Below are positions 9,110-23,899 of a DNA stretch of 64,000 bases, piece after piece (the stretch's first letter is position 1; every line of letters begins with the position of its first letter). Below the pieces are notes generated by a model that did not search any database, was not told the DNA's origin, and saw only the letters and a list, made by a program, of their open reading frames with translations. Origin of the DNA: Eremomyces bilateralis CBS 781.70 (taxonomy: Eukaryota); assembly GCA_010015585.1 (NCBI GenBank), contig ML975167.1. One strand, given 5' to 3'. The position numbers were made by a program, and so were the translations under genes.

Positions 9110-10960
9110 TGCCTAGGACCATCCTGTAGATGTCTAACCTTTTTATTATAACCTACCCAGGCCTTGCAGCCGTCCGTAAACCCGCTCAGATCTCCGATGG
9201 TATCCTCAACCTCCCCCAGTCATTCCAAGAACTGGTGCCCAAGATCGGTCGCAATGTGGAAAGGAATAAGGAAATGCATGAGCCACGCACCCGGGTTATC
9301 CGCGGGGAACGTGAGGACGATCCAACTGAGCGCTGGAAGCGAGGTGGTGTTCCGTCGAATTGGGTTGTCAAAGTTCAGCAGCGAAGAAGCGTCGAAAGTT
9401 TCGTTGATACCGGAGCCGAGGATCCGGAAGCCGTGGCCGTGGAGATGGACGGGGTAAGGAATGGGGGGTGGGTCTCGTCGGCTTGGATGACCCAGTAGGC
9501 CCACTAGATTCTATATCAGCATGATTCTATTATTAGTTAGCATGAACATCCTTACCTCATCGGCTTTATCGACCGTGTACACGTTGTCGTTTGAGGGGCA
9601 ATCAGTGTTCCAGTCAAGGACGTATTGAAGCGTGGGGAAGTCCCGGTTGATGTTGACGGCAGAAACTTTGACGAGCCAACGGACAAGATTGTTGTCGGCC
9701 TCCGTCCGACTGAAACTCAAAGTGAGTTGTTCGGGAACTCCTGTTGGGACTTTGGTTTCGACCAGGGGTACGAGATCTGGCTCATCGTAGCAGCTAGAGG
9801 GACTGTCATAGGGGAGAGGGCGTAGGATACCTCTGAGGGGCTCCGTTGTAACTGAAGATGTTTTTAATATTAGCAGCATTCCGGTTCCGCCCATCGTATG
9901 GGTCATCCGCAGTCCCTCCAAATTTGGTTCGGAACCAATAGTTGCCAACCGCTTGGTTTGCGTCAATGATCACGTCGTAGCGTTGACCACCACCAAGCAC
10001 CAACGATGTCGTAGTAAATGGCTTGATGGGAATGAAGTCAGCGGCGACCACTGTGAAGGGATGGTTGTCCAACGAGACGTGGAAGTAATTGTTGAAGCCG
10101 ACGTTGACGATGCGCAGTAGATGTTTCTTGCTTGGTTCAAGGCCCATTTTTCGCATATTTCCCAGCGGTGCCATCAAGTGACAGCATAGTCCCGTTCACC
10201 AACACATTGTCTGCAATCGGTGGTCTTGCGGAATGCATGGGCTTGCTGGTTGACCTGAAACACAGGTTTATGGAACCAGTCGGTAAGAAGATATGTCCCC
10301 CAAGTCGACGGCGTAGTTTGCGGAGGTAGGCCCGTGGATGACAATCGCCCCAACAATCCCATCGGCGTATTGTACGCTGTAATGGGAGTGATACCATTAT
10401 GTTCCATACTGCGTCACTTCCGATGTGTACGTCTTGCTCTCTCCCGGCACAATTGGACATTTGATGAGCTCATTCGCACCGTCCATTCGGCTCGTGCGGA
10501 ATTGTCGCATCCCATGCCAGTGCATGCCAGTATCGTTCAATAGAAGGCTGCTCTTGTCGGTGGCTTCGATTGTATCGCCCCAATTTGGTTCAATGGCAGG
10601 ACTTTGGAACTGTCCATTGACGACCTGGACCATTCTACTCACTCCAACGAGTGCCATGGCCATCTCCATGATGTCGAAAAAATACTGAAATATATTAGCT
10701 TCAGTTACGGTGCAACTGCCGAAACGTTGAGGATACCGAGACAGTTTCCCTGGTACGAGGCCAACTGATGTTTGTGCCAGTTGCCACTGTGAATCCATCT
10801 TTCAACCATCCCCTGGTCTCTGGTTTGTTCGTGCACATTAAGCCCACGCATAGAGCTAAGCCATTGACGAGAGCATTATTGATGCTGGCATCAGCTGGCT
10901 GTGGGACTGCGGCACCGTAGCAAGGCAATGCTTTGTGGTGCATGGAAAAGAAATGAATGC
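9110..10960 (-). pseudogene. Laccase/multicopper oxidase pseudogene
   Basis: HWHG, YHSH, PVHLHGH and DNPGAWLMH motifs are spread over several frames with frameshifts and stops; HCH is altered to HFL and a stop follows QFLE. Ends approximate. Confidence 0.88.
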
Positions 10961-12011
10961 CCTGAATGGGGTGCATAACGTCGTTCTACAATTACCTAAA
11001 ACGGCAGCAATTCGAGAACCAGGCCGACCATATGGCTTCAACGCTGAGACAGCAGCATAGATGGGCATCAGTTCAGCCGGGCTCGGCTCGAGTGAAGAAA
11101 GCAAACAGTCATATTCCAGTCAGGTACTGCGTAAACTATGGCATTGAGACAACTCCATTGCCCAAATTAGCTCCCAAGGGAATAGGGAAGGACTTGACCC
11201 TTTCACCCATTCATCCGCAAATGTACCAGAATGAATGCCAACATAGAGGAGTATGGACAATGAAGAATAAATAGACAATGATCAATGGACAAGAGAGATA
11301 AGATTGCAGCAGTCAGCACTCAGAAGGATGGAATTATTGAACCCCTGGAAGCGGAAAGCACGTGTATAACTTATTAACGGAGGCCATTAGAATCTTCTTA
11401 CCGTGTAACCATAATAATTGTTATTCTTAGCATCAAGAATGAATGTATAACGCCCGTGCCGATAGAAGGGGAGTTGGGGAGCAAATGGAGCATGTCCCAT
11501 GGGTGGTGGTGCTGCACATCACCTTCGATTGAGTAGACTCAAACGACTTGTTATCAATTGCTTTCTGTGCATAGGACAGTTAGGTATGAAGTAGACGCCA
11601 AATCTCGAATGGGAGATATTAGACAATAAGGTAGATAGGACCTCGAAAGTGAAGGAGAAGTGACTTGATCAGGAATGCTGTGAGGTGTGACGGCTGAAGA
11701 CGGACGATGACAGTAGAATTCCGCTGCCAGCAGAACTTCATCTCACCTTACAGCTCTATAATCAGCGCGTCGATTGACGGAACGGAGCTTGAACGAAGGG
11801 GATGGGGATCCGAGTAAACAGTACATTGTTAGATTAGCATCATCAATCCCAGATACGTGTAGTACTGTACAGCTGAATACAGCCGAGGTATTGCTATGCA
11901 AGGGGTCGCATATGGCAAGCATGATGAAGCATTTGTCCAACTGTTTTTCTTGATCGTCTCAAACCATGAAATCGAATCATAGAAACCCTAGAACCCAATT
12001 GCGTCCGACGT

Positions 12012-12446
12012 TCACAAGAGCTTCTTCCCAGTCCTCACCGCCATCGCCAACAACACAAACGAGCTCGCCAGGAACGTGAGGAACCGCGGCATGATCTTAT
12101 TCTTCGTGCTCTGAATCAAGCTGTGAATGACCCTCAGCCCAACATATCCCCACGCCAGCCCCAGATCCGTCCGGCTCTCCACCCTCAGCAACGACATGGT
12201 GATGGCGATCGCGTAGAACTGCACCGGCTGTTCGAACAGGTGCGAGTAGTTCTCTGCCGGATAGTGCACCTCGCGCGGCGTCTTTGCGTATATCTCTTCC
12301 TTCGTGATACCGTCGACGGGCGTGACGCCGTACTTTTGGAGGGCCGGCAGGCGCTTCGCGTAGAGCCAGCCTTCCATGACGAAGGTCCACATGTTGAGGC
12401 CGAGGACCGGGCCGAGCATGGCGGGGGAAGCGATGAGAGGGGGCAT
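12012..12446 (-). CDS. MAPEG-family membrane protein
   Basis: 144 aa with hydrophobic helices; NYSHLFEQPVQFY and AWGYVGLRVIHSLIQ motifs. Confidence 0.88.
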   Translation of the reverse strand: MPPLIASPAMLGPVLGLNMWTFVMEGWLYAKRLPALQKYGVTPVDGITKEEIYAKTPREVHYPAENYSHLFEQPVQFYAIAITMSLLRVESRTDLGLAWGYVGLRVIHSLIQSTKNKIMPRFLTFLASSFVLLAMAVRTGKKLL

Positions 12447-13141
12447 CGTGGTGGAGATTGAAGTGTCGAGTGTTGAAGCTGTGCAAGCTGGGTCGTATGA
12501 ATTATAATCGAGTAGGCAGGCCTAATTAAAGAATTGGAAAGATTCGGCGATGAACCGGCAATTCTCGAACTCATAGAAGTAGGAGGACTGAGGTTCAGAA
12601 CTTCGGATATGAATACGATGCTGCGGTCTCCACCTCTTACTCATTATGGCTTCGCCCTTCGGCCACATGTATTACCCCGACCTGAAGTATGTACGTACCC
12701 GACTGCAGCTAACCGGCAACTACCATGGTTTCGGGAGCGAATTCCCCCGCCCCTTCCGGCGTCCCTTTGCTCCGTTGTCATCAGATATTAGTCTACGGCA
12801 AAGGGGAAAGTTTGATCGGGTCACGCTATTCTCTGCATGTTTCCTGCTAGAAGAGCTTGTCCTGGACGTTTGCAGTAGCGTTGATTTTCCTTCTCTACTT
12901 CCGAGCCCCTGAAAGCTGACGGCAGCACCAGGGGGCAGTGCCAAAATTCCGGTGGCAGGGAGCCAAGGATGGGCGTCTGGCATGGCTACACAGCTTTGGG
13001 TTGACCCCTGTTGCATCAACCTGAGGGAGCGGACCGAAAAGCACCAATAGATATACAAATTGATTGTGTATGGTCAGATCTACAAGTACGTAACGAGTAC
13101 AGAGCTGTCCATCCAGCCCAACTCTCACGAAGAGCCTCCCC

Positions 13142-15034
13142 TCACGCCCCAAACTCCCTCTCAACCTCCTCCCACTTCTTCTGCCTCTCCCTCATCTCCC
13201 GCTCCTCTTTCTCCCGCTCCTCCCTCCGCAACTCGCTCTCGGCCGCCCCCTTTACCCCCTTCTTCCGCTGCCGCTCCTCAAACATTGCCCGGCTGTCGAA
13301 GATCCGCTGCACGATCGTCCCCGCGTTCAGGGCCTGGAACTTATGCGGCGGGATCTCGCGGAACAGCTGGAGGTGGCGCGCCGCGCGGTACGGGTCGATG
13401 CTCGTCGGCATGAAGGAGGTGGGGCCGTGGTAGACGGCGGAGGGGTAGGGGTGGTGGTGGGTTTGGGAGGCGACGAAGGGGAGGGAGCGGAGGAACGAGG
13501 GGGAGGGGGTGTACGGAGCGGAGAGGAGGATGAGGTGGGTGTACTAAATGCGTTAGCCAACTTAATTATACCACGGTATTTGGGCCTAGTGTTAGGACGT
13601 ACCTTGCATTGCAACACGCATAATCCACGCTCAAAAATGTTCATGATCGGGTAATTCAATCCTTTCCAATGATTGATGACTTCATCATCATGGACACCCA
13701 CAATCACGAAGTACGGGAGATAGTCCTCCCCGACATCCTCCAATCTCTTCTTCCTTGCCTCCACGTCATACCACCCCCGTTCTGCCGCGTGCTTCTCTTC
13801 CTGCTCTGCCACCAGTCGGAGGAACTCAATGTGCCCCGGTGTGAAGAGATCGAACCCCCCATCAACATACACGATTCGCTGGCCCGGTCGAGGTTTCTTG
13901 CCCTCCACGAACTGTGTGAACGTCCCCCGCTCATCGGGAATATCTTTGCTCGTCGAGCTCCTTCGAATGGCCTGCGGGGGAGTCTGGACATCGCCTGCAT
14001 CCGCTCCCGACACAGTCGACAATGGGACGTCGGAGTACGCGGGGCTCGAGCTGCCAGCCCCGTTAAGAGATCCGCTGGTCATTCGACTCACTCCTCCGTC
14101 CGGCTTTGATGAAGTGCGGCGTTTGAGCTTCGCGGGAGAAACACCCAGGGCGGCATCCGCGGGACCTTTCCAAATCCAGACATCGCAGCCGGGGTTCAGA
14201 CCGGACGCGTCCGTCGCATAGGCCTTGAACCTCGCCGTCAAGTCCTCTCCGCTCTTCTTGCGCTCCTCTTCCGAGCCATCGCCAGCCGTCCCGTGCAGCA
14301 CGCCTTCCACGTTCCGCACGAAATGCGTCTTCGTGCACAGCAGCATGCGTCCCACTAGGTCCGTTGTGCTGATGCCCGGCGTACGCTTGACGACCCTGAA
14401 GCGCTCGGCGGCCTTCACGAATCGGTAGCAGTCTTGTCCGGAGGCATCGGAGGTGATGTCGTCGCCGTGGACGACGTATTGGCAGCCGTAATGGGTGATC
14501 CAGGGTAGGGACGTGATGTAGGGCGCGTAGGGAATCACGGCAGTGGTCCAGCGGTTGGCGAGGATGGCGATCTGGCTGGAGTATGCATTAGTCGGGGTTT
14601 GGAGCGTCGAATGGTACCGTATGTCCTCACCGTTCCTCGAGGTTCATCACCGTCGGGCCTTTGTTCGCGAGAATCTCTTCATCTGAATGCAGGCCGACGA
14701 TGAGCTCGTTCCCCAGTTGACGAGCTTGGAGCAGTGCTCCGGCGTGACCTGTGTAGAATCATCTTTTAGCCTCCTGACCAAAGCGAACAATTGATGCAGA
14801 GCAAGCTTGCGAAACGAGTAAGGTAGCTATTGCATGTATTCAGCGGACATACCGTGATGGGTGAAATCGAAACATCCATCAACCCAGACACGGTCATCAC
14901 TAAGCGGAACATCTTCCTGCGGATCAACGGGCCACTCCCCGGATTTCGGAATGCGCTCGGTCTGCCAACGGAGATCAGTTGTCTATGCGAGGTCGGAGTG
15001 CTGATAGAATGGATGAGAGTACCACGGAGCTCAT
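13142..15034 (-). CDS. ECT1: Ethanolamine-phosphate cytidylyltransferase (multi-exon)
   Basis: Two cytidylyltransferase domains: RVWVDGCFDFTHH, VVHGDD, KRTPGISTTDLVGRML, YVDGGFDLFTPGH, KGLNYPIMNIFERGLCVLQCK. Start inferred from a short first exon. Confidence 0.9.
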
Positions 15035-15787
15035 CTTGGCTTTGACACAAATCCCGTCTTCGAAGCGCGGCTTGAAAATTGACGATGACGAAACCACACT
15101 GAGACTTACTCACTTCGCTTCCAGTGGGGTGAGGGATCTGGGTGGTGTCACGAGAACTAATATGTACGGTAGTTATTACACGGAAGGTATTACAGACGAG
15201 AGCATGGAGATGATCGGATCATCGGCGGTTGGATGATTTGGCGACTCCGACGGTGTGGTTGGATCGATCTATTCCGAAACGACGCACGGCATGAAACGCT
15301 TCTCGGTCCGCGGATGCACGGTAATCCAGTAGTTATCGAATAAATATCAATTGTCCATGTCTATTATGGTTGAATGTATTAATACAACCGGGCAGCGCAG
15401 CAGTCGTGTCACGGAGTAAAGGCTGAACCAGATCCTCCTTCAATATGCGGCCGCGTCGTGCCTACTTACAGACACCTTTTTAGCTATACATCTCATCTCT
15501 ACCTCTTCCATCTATTGTCATTTGTGCATCTCATGTCTTCAAGTCTTCTATAATTCCATTCATCGTCTGATTGTGGGTGGAGTGTATGACATACTTCGCT
15601 ACGTCAACCCCCCGCCATAGATACACTGAAATCTCCCCCCACCTCCCTAAAGACGGAATTCCTTACCCCTGAATTCGCCGATTCGGTGGCAGCCACTGGC
15701 AGCAAAAGCCAAACCGTCGACGGAGAAACATCCCTGGTCCCGTCCGAGGCAGCAGATGCCCCGGATGGTCCATGATCCAACGTCTGG

Positions 15788-17642
15788 ATGCAACTCATCA
15801 GCAACCATGGCTCGTCGACATCCAATATCAAGAAGAGCCTCCACTCCTCCACACGTCCCTCTCCTCCGACCGACCTCCGCATCACCGTCGCGTCTCCAGT
15901 GATCTCCGATCCATGTGATCCTGGACCAAGTCCACCCGTCAAATATTCCCCTTCCATCCACTACAAACCCATCCGACGCTCCTCTCAGCGTCTCGGTATC
16001 CCCTCCGGCGTCGCAGGACTAGGGAACAGCATCCGCCGCTCTGCATCATTTCATTCGGGATCTCCTTATTCTCAACGCACCAAAAGTGCTCGTTCCCCAT
16101 TATCCGCGACATTTCCCCGCGAGAACAGCGACTCCGTGCCGCAACAGGCCCCTCCCAGTCCTCGATGGAGCATCTCCCGCCCCGACATTAGCACCCGCAA
16201 TCTCAGCGCCTCCAGCTCTTCCAGCAGCAAGAAGAGCACCACCGACACCCTTTTTGGCACTCTTGCCCACCTCGCCTCCACATCCGTCACGGGTCTCCGC
16301 GCACGGCAATCCTCCAGCAGTGCATCCAGCTCCGCAACACCTACACCCCCGGAAAGCTTTCATCCCCACCGCAGCACGTCAAACGCGTCGACAATGGCGT
16401 CGGTGCAGATGCGGGCGCCATCGGTGTCGACCCGTCCTCCGGGGACGGCACACTCGAATATGAACTTTGCCATGGGTGCGATGCCAACCGCCTCAGGGCA
16501 GGCCGGGACGACGGCGAGTCCACTAACGGTGGCACAACATATCCATGATCTGGCGTCGAAGCGGATATCGACGTTGGATTATTTGCGAAAGGCGTAAGTA
16601 GACCATCTGTCGCTCCTCATTCGATCTAGAGCCACGCGATGTATGAATACGGAAAACAGGAATGCTAACTTGAATGGCAACTAGTCATGAAGGCCGGATA
16701 TACTGGTTTAACACCATCCTATTCACCACCCTCGATCTCTCCAAACTCTCTTACTTTGCCCCCGCCAAACTCGCCCGCCGCGCCACCGCCTACGTCCTCC
16801 TCGGCTTCTCCCTCCCCGCCCTCCTCGACCTCAACGGCTCCTCCGCCCCCGAATACCTCCGCGCCCTCAACTCCCTCCTCTCCGAATTCGACTCATTCCT
16901 CGAGAAACATGGCGGCAGCGACACCGGCGGCAGCAGCTCCGGCTTCGGCGGCAGCCTCAGCAAAGGCCGCGTCCAGCAGATGTTCAAGCGCGGCATGCAG
17001 GGCGTCTCGAAAGGCCGTCGCGCCAGCGCCGCCACGGATACCGTGTGGGCGGGCATCGAGGGCGCGGCGATGGGCGGTGCGAACAGCGCGACCAGCCCGC
17101 AGGACGAGACAGCTTCGAATTCCACCACGCCGCTTGATCCGCATCCGCATCCCGAGGCGTACACCATCCAGCCGGCGACGTCGACGACGGAGAAGTCGAC
17201 CACTCAGCCCGCCGGGCCGTTCCACCCGCACGCGTCCCCGTTCGACCCGTCCTACGCCCCGAGCCTCACCGGCGCCGAGCACCATTCGCATCTGCTGGTC
17301 ATACCGCTGCCATTCCCGCCCGACTACTATCAGGCGTTCAGCACGCTGTGCGATTGTCTGATCGACGTGTATACGCGGATCATGGACCTGGTGCCGTCGC
17401 CAGAGGCGTTGATGTCGAGGGAGCGGGAAGGCTCGATTTCGGGGGGCGTGGGAGGGCAGGGTGCGGCAATGGATTGGAGGGAGAATGCGGGGATGATCGG
17501 GGAGTTGTTCGCAAAGACGGATACGAAGGTTAAGAAGCTGTTAGTCGCGGGAGTGGTGAGGGAGTTCGAGGAGGCGAGTCGGTCGGGTGTGAGGGGGGAG
17601 TTGAGGGGTGTGGGGAGAGTGGTGTTGGGGGGGTTGATGTAG
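15788..17642 (+). CDS. Conserved fungal hypothetical protein (Ser-rich N-terminus)
   Basis: Two long ORFs joined by a GT-AG intron (~16594-16684), giving ASKRISTLDYLRKA-(S)HEGRIYWFNT; LPFPPDYYQAFSTLCDCLIDVY block. Start uncertain. Confidence 0.75.
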
Positions 17643-18253
17643 AAACGACATCGAGAGATGGGACATATGAAGGGGTATTTACGACTTGTGGCATGATCAG
17701 GATAGGTTATTTTTCGGTGGGATGGGCTTCTGATGGCGCTGCATTGGGCTGGACGTTGTGCTTGAATGAAGCATAGATCGGCGTATATCATAAATGAACC
17801 TTTGAGAATCCTCCACAATTTCGACGCCATGAGTTTGGTTTTCGATGAAGGATTGCACTCGGTATGACCTACTTTCAGAGTCATGCACCAGACCTCGCGC
17901 TCTCAGCACACTCAAATAACTGGAATTCTGAACCAAGGCCATCATTAAATTAACCCGCAGGTCTGTTTACCTGCCTCTATTAACATGGAGGTGCCACCCG
18001 ATGCAGCTTTCATCGTGCCATGACAAGGTATCCCGCATTCTAATTCCGTCGCTATTCCGAGGGCGCGAAACCAATCCCCGATCCATCCAGATCAAACGCC
18101 TTGCTTGACCCCCATATGCATTCCATTGCACCCATCAACAGTTATCCAAGTCTCAGCTTCGTGTCTCCCACATTACATACCCATTCGCTCGTCCATTTAC
18201 ACGACCACGCGATATCGGACGGTATCATAGCCCTAGAAGTTCTAGGTGGTGTG

Positions 18254-21200
18254 CTAAATATCGTCGGCAACAACTCCTTTCGCCGGCTTCTTCCCACCAC
18301 ATGCATACACATTAATGTGATGGTCGCCTTCGGCCGCCCCCGCGATCATCATGCGATGCGGATGGAAGGCGATCGTCGCGACGGGCGTTGCGCGGTGGCC
18401 CAAGAAGGAGGAATACGGCTCGAACGAGGAGAGCGGGGTGAGAGTTTGCGTGTTGAAGAGGTTGACTTGATGGCGAGTGGTGCCACTAGAACAGGAGATA
18501 AATGTTAGCTCAGCGACCATGTCACGACGGAAGGAAGAAATGCGAAACACAAGGGAGATCGAGGACTTACACAGCAAATACCGGAGCATGCTCATGCACG
18601 GTGAGACACTTGATCCCCTCCGGTCGATACGCTGCCACCGTACCTCCTGCACCTGTCGCACCCGCCGTCGACAAACCCATATTCGCCATCCCGGCCGCCC
18701 GCACCGTCTTAATGCTCCGATCCCACCGCATATCCCACAACTTGACCTCCCCATCCCTACATGCCGATACCAACTCCCGTTGCCCACCCCTCTGCAAATG
18801 CACCCCGCTGATCCACTGCTTATGTTCCTTCCACACCCGCACCATCGCCGTCGCAGGCCGCAACCGCTGGTCATACACGCGCACCGCCCCGTCGCCGAAC
18901 GCCGCCACGAACATGTGGCCTTCCACCTGGTCGGAAGTGAGGCTGGTGATGCACGATCCCGACCGTGCAGGGATATCCGCCGTGCAGATCTCCGTGCCGG
19001 CGTTCCAGACACGAATAACTTTGACGTCGCCGGCGACGAGAACTTGGCCGCGCGACTGCTGCCAGTCGAAGACGAGGCCGGCATTCTTGTTGGAGGGGAC
19101 GAGGTCGGTGAGGGCGCGGAAGGCGGTGACGAGCTCGGTGGACGAGGAGGTCTCGTAGTTGCGGAACACTTTGAGGGAGCCGTCGGAGGAGCCGGTCATG
19201 AGGAGGGCATGGTCGTCTTCGTTAATCAAGCGCAGCTCGGTGATTTTGCTTCCGAGCGGGTTGCCGTTGTTGAAGCGGGAGAGGACGACGGATTTCTTCC
19301 AGTCCCAGACGCTGATGCCAGACTTGGCATCGGCCACGATGAGTTGGTCTTCGAATTGATGGAAGCACATCTTGATGGGTTGCGTTGCATTGTTCCAGAA
19401 CCCTTTGGGTCGATCCCAACGGTTCGAGCTGGCCTCTTCCTTAAGGATTTGGGTTTTTTCGATGATGCGGTCATTCCGGGTACGGCGCCAGAGGCGCTCG
19501 TTGTAATCGGTGGAGCCTGGCTCGTCGGCTTCGGAGGGCTTCATCTGCGGCTCACGGAAGTATTCAACGCACCAGTCGAAGAAGTTGCTCTTCAGTGGGA
19601 TCTGAGGGGCCTCATTCCTTCGAACCGAGAAACGCTTCGGAGGCGGAGACATGGGAGACCGACCTTGGGCAGAAGGAGATGGCTGGTGTTGAAGGCCATC
19701 GAGAGCACGCCATTCGTTGGGCAATTTGCCTCGCGGAGTTGTTCGTTCAGAATTAAAGGGCTTGGAAGGCGTCTTTGGCAAAGGGGTTTGCTCGTTCCCA
19801 GAGCTATATCCACCAACCGCAAGGTTCCTCAACGAAGCGGCAATGCTAGCTGTCCGCTTCAGACCAAGCGTGATATAGCTATCCTGCTTCGTCGGTGTTG
19901 ATGGCGTAAGGGTTCCAGGAGCCGATGCCGGTGCTTTGGAGACTTCGCCAAAGAACTTTGCTTGCGGGTCCTTTGATCGACTGCGCCCCAGGATTGACTG
20001 GATTGCATCCGAAACGAACGGTTCCAGTGGCGATTCCAACAGTGCAGCTAGGATATAGTCCACGATCACACAAGCATTCTGTGAGACCTCAGGGTGTGGG
20101 TCGACAGAGAGTATCAGCACCTCCTTCCATACAGCTGCGAACACCGTATTGTCCGCCACCGAGCTGCTTTGGGGAGGCTCCTCGCCGTTTTGTTTCCCCT
20201 TGCGCTTACCTATTGTGCCGTTCGCAAAAGATGCCTGCTCTGACAACATTTGTTCGTACGCAGCCACCAAGAACCGACTCTGATACCTTGCAACGAATGT
20301 TGAGAAGAACACTATAAGCTCCTTCCTGACCATACTATTGCCGTCGGCCGCCATGACCAAGACCATGCTTGCAATGCTCTCTTCAATCTGGGCTACCTGC
20401 TGCGTTAGGTCCGTGATGCCCAGGAACGTCGTTAGTGCATGCAACATAGCGGATCGCACTTCGGCGACAGGGTCAACGACGAGCTCACAGAGTCGTTGAT
20501 GAGCGCCGCACCGAATGCCTGCCCATTTGGCGTCGGAGTAGTCGACCCATAGCATGCTGAGGCAAAGACAGGCCCATTGGCGGAGAAGCGGGTTCTCGAG
20601 ATCGGACATGTGGTTGAGGCAGATTTCGATGAGTTCTTGGCTGAGGGAGACGACTTGGCCTTGGTGAAAGTCTTTACAGAATATGGCCACGATGAAGGCG
20701 CACATGGCGCGGTGCTCGCTGGCATTGTTGGTCGGAAAGGCTAAGGTAGCGGATGAGTAAACTAGGGAAACAGACGAACGAGAAGGCCGGACAACTTACC
20801 CATATCCGGTCGGAGGATCTGTGTAAAATAACGGTATCCGTTATCTTTGACCAGATCCGACTGGCAGTTCTGGTCCACCGCCAAAATCCGCGCCCAAATG
20901 AACACCATCACTGGTTTTAACTCTGGTGCTTGGGATTGCAGCAATTTCAGCACGTATGGAAAGATGCCAATGCTCAACGCCAAATTCACCGCCCAAGGCC
21001 CCAAATCGAGGAACTTGCTCAGCAAAATGAGGGCCCGTAGCCGATGACTTTGGCTCAACAAGACTTGCAGCACGATCGGCAACTGCTCGGGACATTTCTT
21101 GTCAACGGCACCTTGGTTCAAGTATACTTCGAAGGCACTCAACTGTTCAGCGAAGAAATCCGATGGGTGGTATTCGTATTCTTTCTCCTCCCGCTGTGCA

Positions 21201-22980
21201 GCCATGAGATCTGGCATTTGTGCCATAATGTTCTCAAGGGCCAAGTCCCAAGAGTGCCACAACGGATCATTATGTGTGTCTGGTATTTCGGGATAGCATT
21301 GTGGATGACAGTGATAGGTTTGCATGATGCGTTGAGCGAGCAGGAAGTTTCGGAAGAGGGCCGCGACCATCAGGTCCTGACGGAACAGTTTCTTGAAGAC
21401 CGGAGTCTCAAGCGAGTTCCAGGCAATCGTGTCGGTGATGGCGGTAAAGATCCAGTTGAGTTCGCCGATTGGAGTTCGCCTCTCACTGACCTTTCCTGGT
21501 ATACGCGCAGCATCCTCGACTGAGAGACCCTGAGGGAGAGGGTTGTGTAGAACAAAAAAGCGGACCGCCATGTCGATAGGGGTGGTAAGACAGGAGGTGA
21601 AGATGTCGGCAGGCAATTCAGGGTTGGTAGGGAGGGTTTCCTTCTCTCGACACGCAGCAAGTTGAATGCAGTCGGAGAAGTCCATGTACTCGACGTGCGG
21701 ATCTCGTTCGCGGTTTTCGGCAATCTCTTGAATGTGCTTCTCTGCGAACTTGTTGAAATTGTTTATGATCAAACCAGCCTCTGAGCAGTCATATACGAAG
21801 ATGCTCGGAGCGCCAAGCCAGGCCTGCAAGTCGAAAAGTGAGATAGGGATGTACTGTGTGTAGTTGCGGTTGAACACCCAGATCTCCCCGGATGGTGTAG
21901 GCTTGGGAACGCCATGTCCATTGTAGTGAAGTAGAATTCTCTCTTGCCTTGCGTTACGCCGGATCTGCTGAGAAAACTTCTTGGTCTCGTCCACTGTCGG
22001 GTCTAGGCAGAGCTTGAATCGTGTCCGCATGCTCAATTGCTCGTATTGCCACTGTAGCTGCTTCCCAATTGTATTCATCGCTGTTTGTCCAGAGGTTCCT
22101 GTGGAGCCGGTAGGATCAATCCAGCACTCAAGCTTGGCGCAGGGATTCGTCTTGAACGCATCTGGAGGATCCACGCCAATGTTCAGGCACAGAAGGATAA
22201 CCGCTGAAATGGTCTTCAATCGATCGCGCATTCGCCATTCTGCCAGTCGGAATGTTTCCTCACGCGGATTGCCTCCGGTCTCATGGCGCTTGTCGGTGAA
22301 GTACATGAAGAAGTTCTGGGTAGGAATTGAGTTAGTCCATAGCGACTCCAACGATTTTGTTTGCGCGGAGTGGTGATAATGGGGTAAACACAGTGGTATA
22401 GGGTGGTATAGGGAGATGAGATATCAACGAGGGTTCTTGCGCCTTCCACCATCGCAACCCCTCGTTCGGTCGCACTTACCGAATTCAACACATTGTTATA
22501 CTCCTCCGAGTTCAGCTGCGTATCGAATCCGTGTCGGATCCCCCATTCGACTTCGGTGCTCGCTTTGCTTTCCACCTCGTCATCTCTCGCAGGTACACTT
22601 CCTCTTGGTCCAAAATCCGTCTTTGCTCGGAGCAATCCCGGTCTCGGCGACGATGCACCTCTTGCCCCTGTCCCATTTACCCTCCTCGCTGCAATTCCTG
22701 GAGCTCGTGCATCCGTCCCGTCCACCAGCATTGGTGGGTTCTGATGGCCGTTACTGGTGTTGCCGGTTGAGTCTGGGGATCGCATGCGAGTAGAACCATC
22801 GAGGTTTCGGAGATTCGGGTTACTAGTCCAGCCGACCAGGTCAGGGCGCGAATCCCTCTGGTAGGGAGCCGTTCGAGGTCGTAGATGCTGGCTCGCAGGT
22901 GGATTGTCGGACTGTTCGGCCGACTCAGACGACTCGACATTATCGAGGAGGGGTTTCGGTCCATTAGTTGTTAACGCCAT
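18254..22980 (-). CDS. KOG1: TORC1 subunit Raptor/Kog1/Mip1
   Basis: RNC domain (WRMRDRLKT..LCLNIGVDPPD, HYNGHGVP), HEAT region (PEQLPIVLQVLLSQ) and C-terminal WD40s (AFHPHRMM); several introns. Confidence 0.97.
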
Positions 22981-23899
22981 CTTTGGCGGAGAGTGCGGTA
23001 GTGTATTGTGAATGGGTCGCGTTCCCGTTGCCAAGCCGATTGCTTCTATATCGCATAAGTTGCAGAAGGTGACGTGGGTAGGGCGAAGGCCGTAATCATC
23101 GTGAAGGGAAGCTCCAGAAGGCTATGGTACCGGTATGATTAAATGACGATAGAAGGGCGGATTTAACGAAGGTGTAATGGTGAAAAGATTCCCCCCGCCT
23201 CCTCGCACGACATATACAAAAGCGTCCGGGTGATCAAAAGGGCGTCAGACCGGAGTAAAGACCGATGCGATGAGTCTCGACAGTACGACATGGAAGTTCT
23301 GGAGACTGAAGAGAGATGTTGCCGAGCCAGTTAAGGCCGCATCATCGGTGTTATTATTAATTACGGAGTACCTAGTCTCCTTATGGAATTGCAGCGGCTT
23401 CTTCCGTACCTTATTGGTATTGTACACGATTTGTCTTATCGATAACAGTCTCCTTCGTTTAGATCTTCGGGACAAGGGGCAGACGACCGCGACAGGTCAT
23501 TCCTCTCGTTCCATTTGATGCATTAATTAATATTATCATTCGAAATGTTCTCTTCGATAATTCTATTCATCGAACAGAAAGGAGGAAGAGGACTCAGCTC
23601 CATACCGGTAGGCTGGGTTATGGAGTACCTCAGCTATTCTCCTATATTCCATTTCATCAACCATGATGAAAGGGGAAACTTGTGCAGTTTCAAGCTACCA
23701 TCGTATTGGAGAGCTACTCGATCTAGACCATAGGGTGATAATAAAACTAAGTTTGAGGAGTAGCAGTCTATCTTCACGAACTACGGTATCATGCTACAGG
23801 TATCCCGATATACAATATGAAGTCGCTTTCCAATGCTGCACTTGCGTTTTGAGAAGAATCGACTGACTCCTCAGCGAAAGGTTCGGATGAGTCCACCAA

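Noticed and set aside
18477..19901. 474-aa + strand ORF, and similar long antisense ORFs at 35370-36638 and 35989-37188
   Set aside because: Antisense shadows of GC-rich KOG1 and kelch coding sequence.
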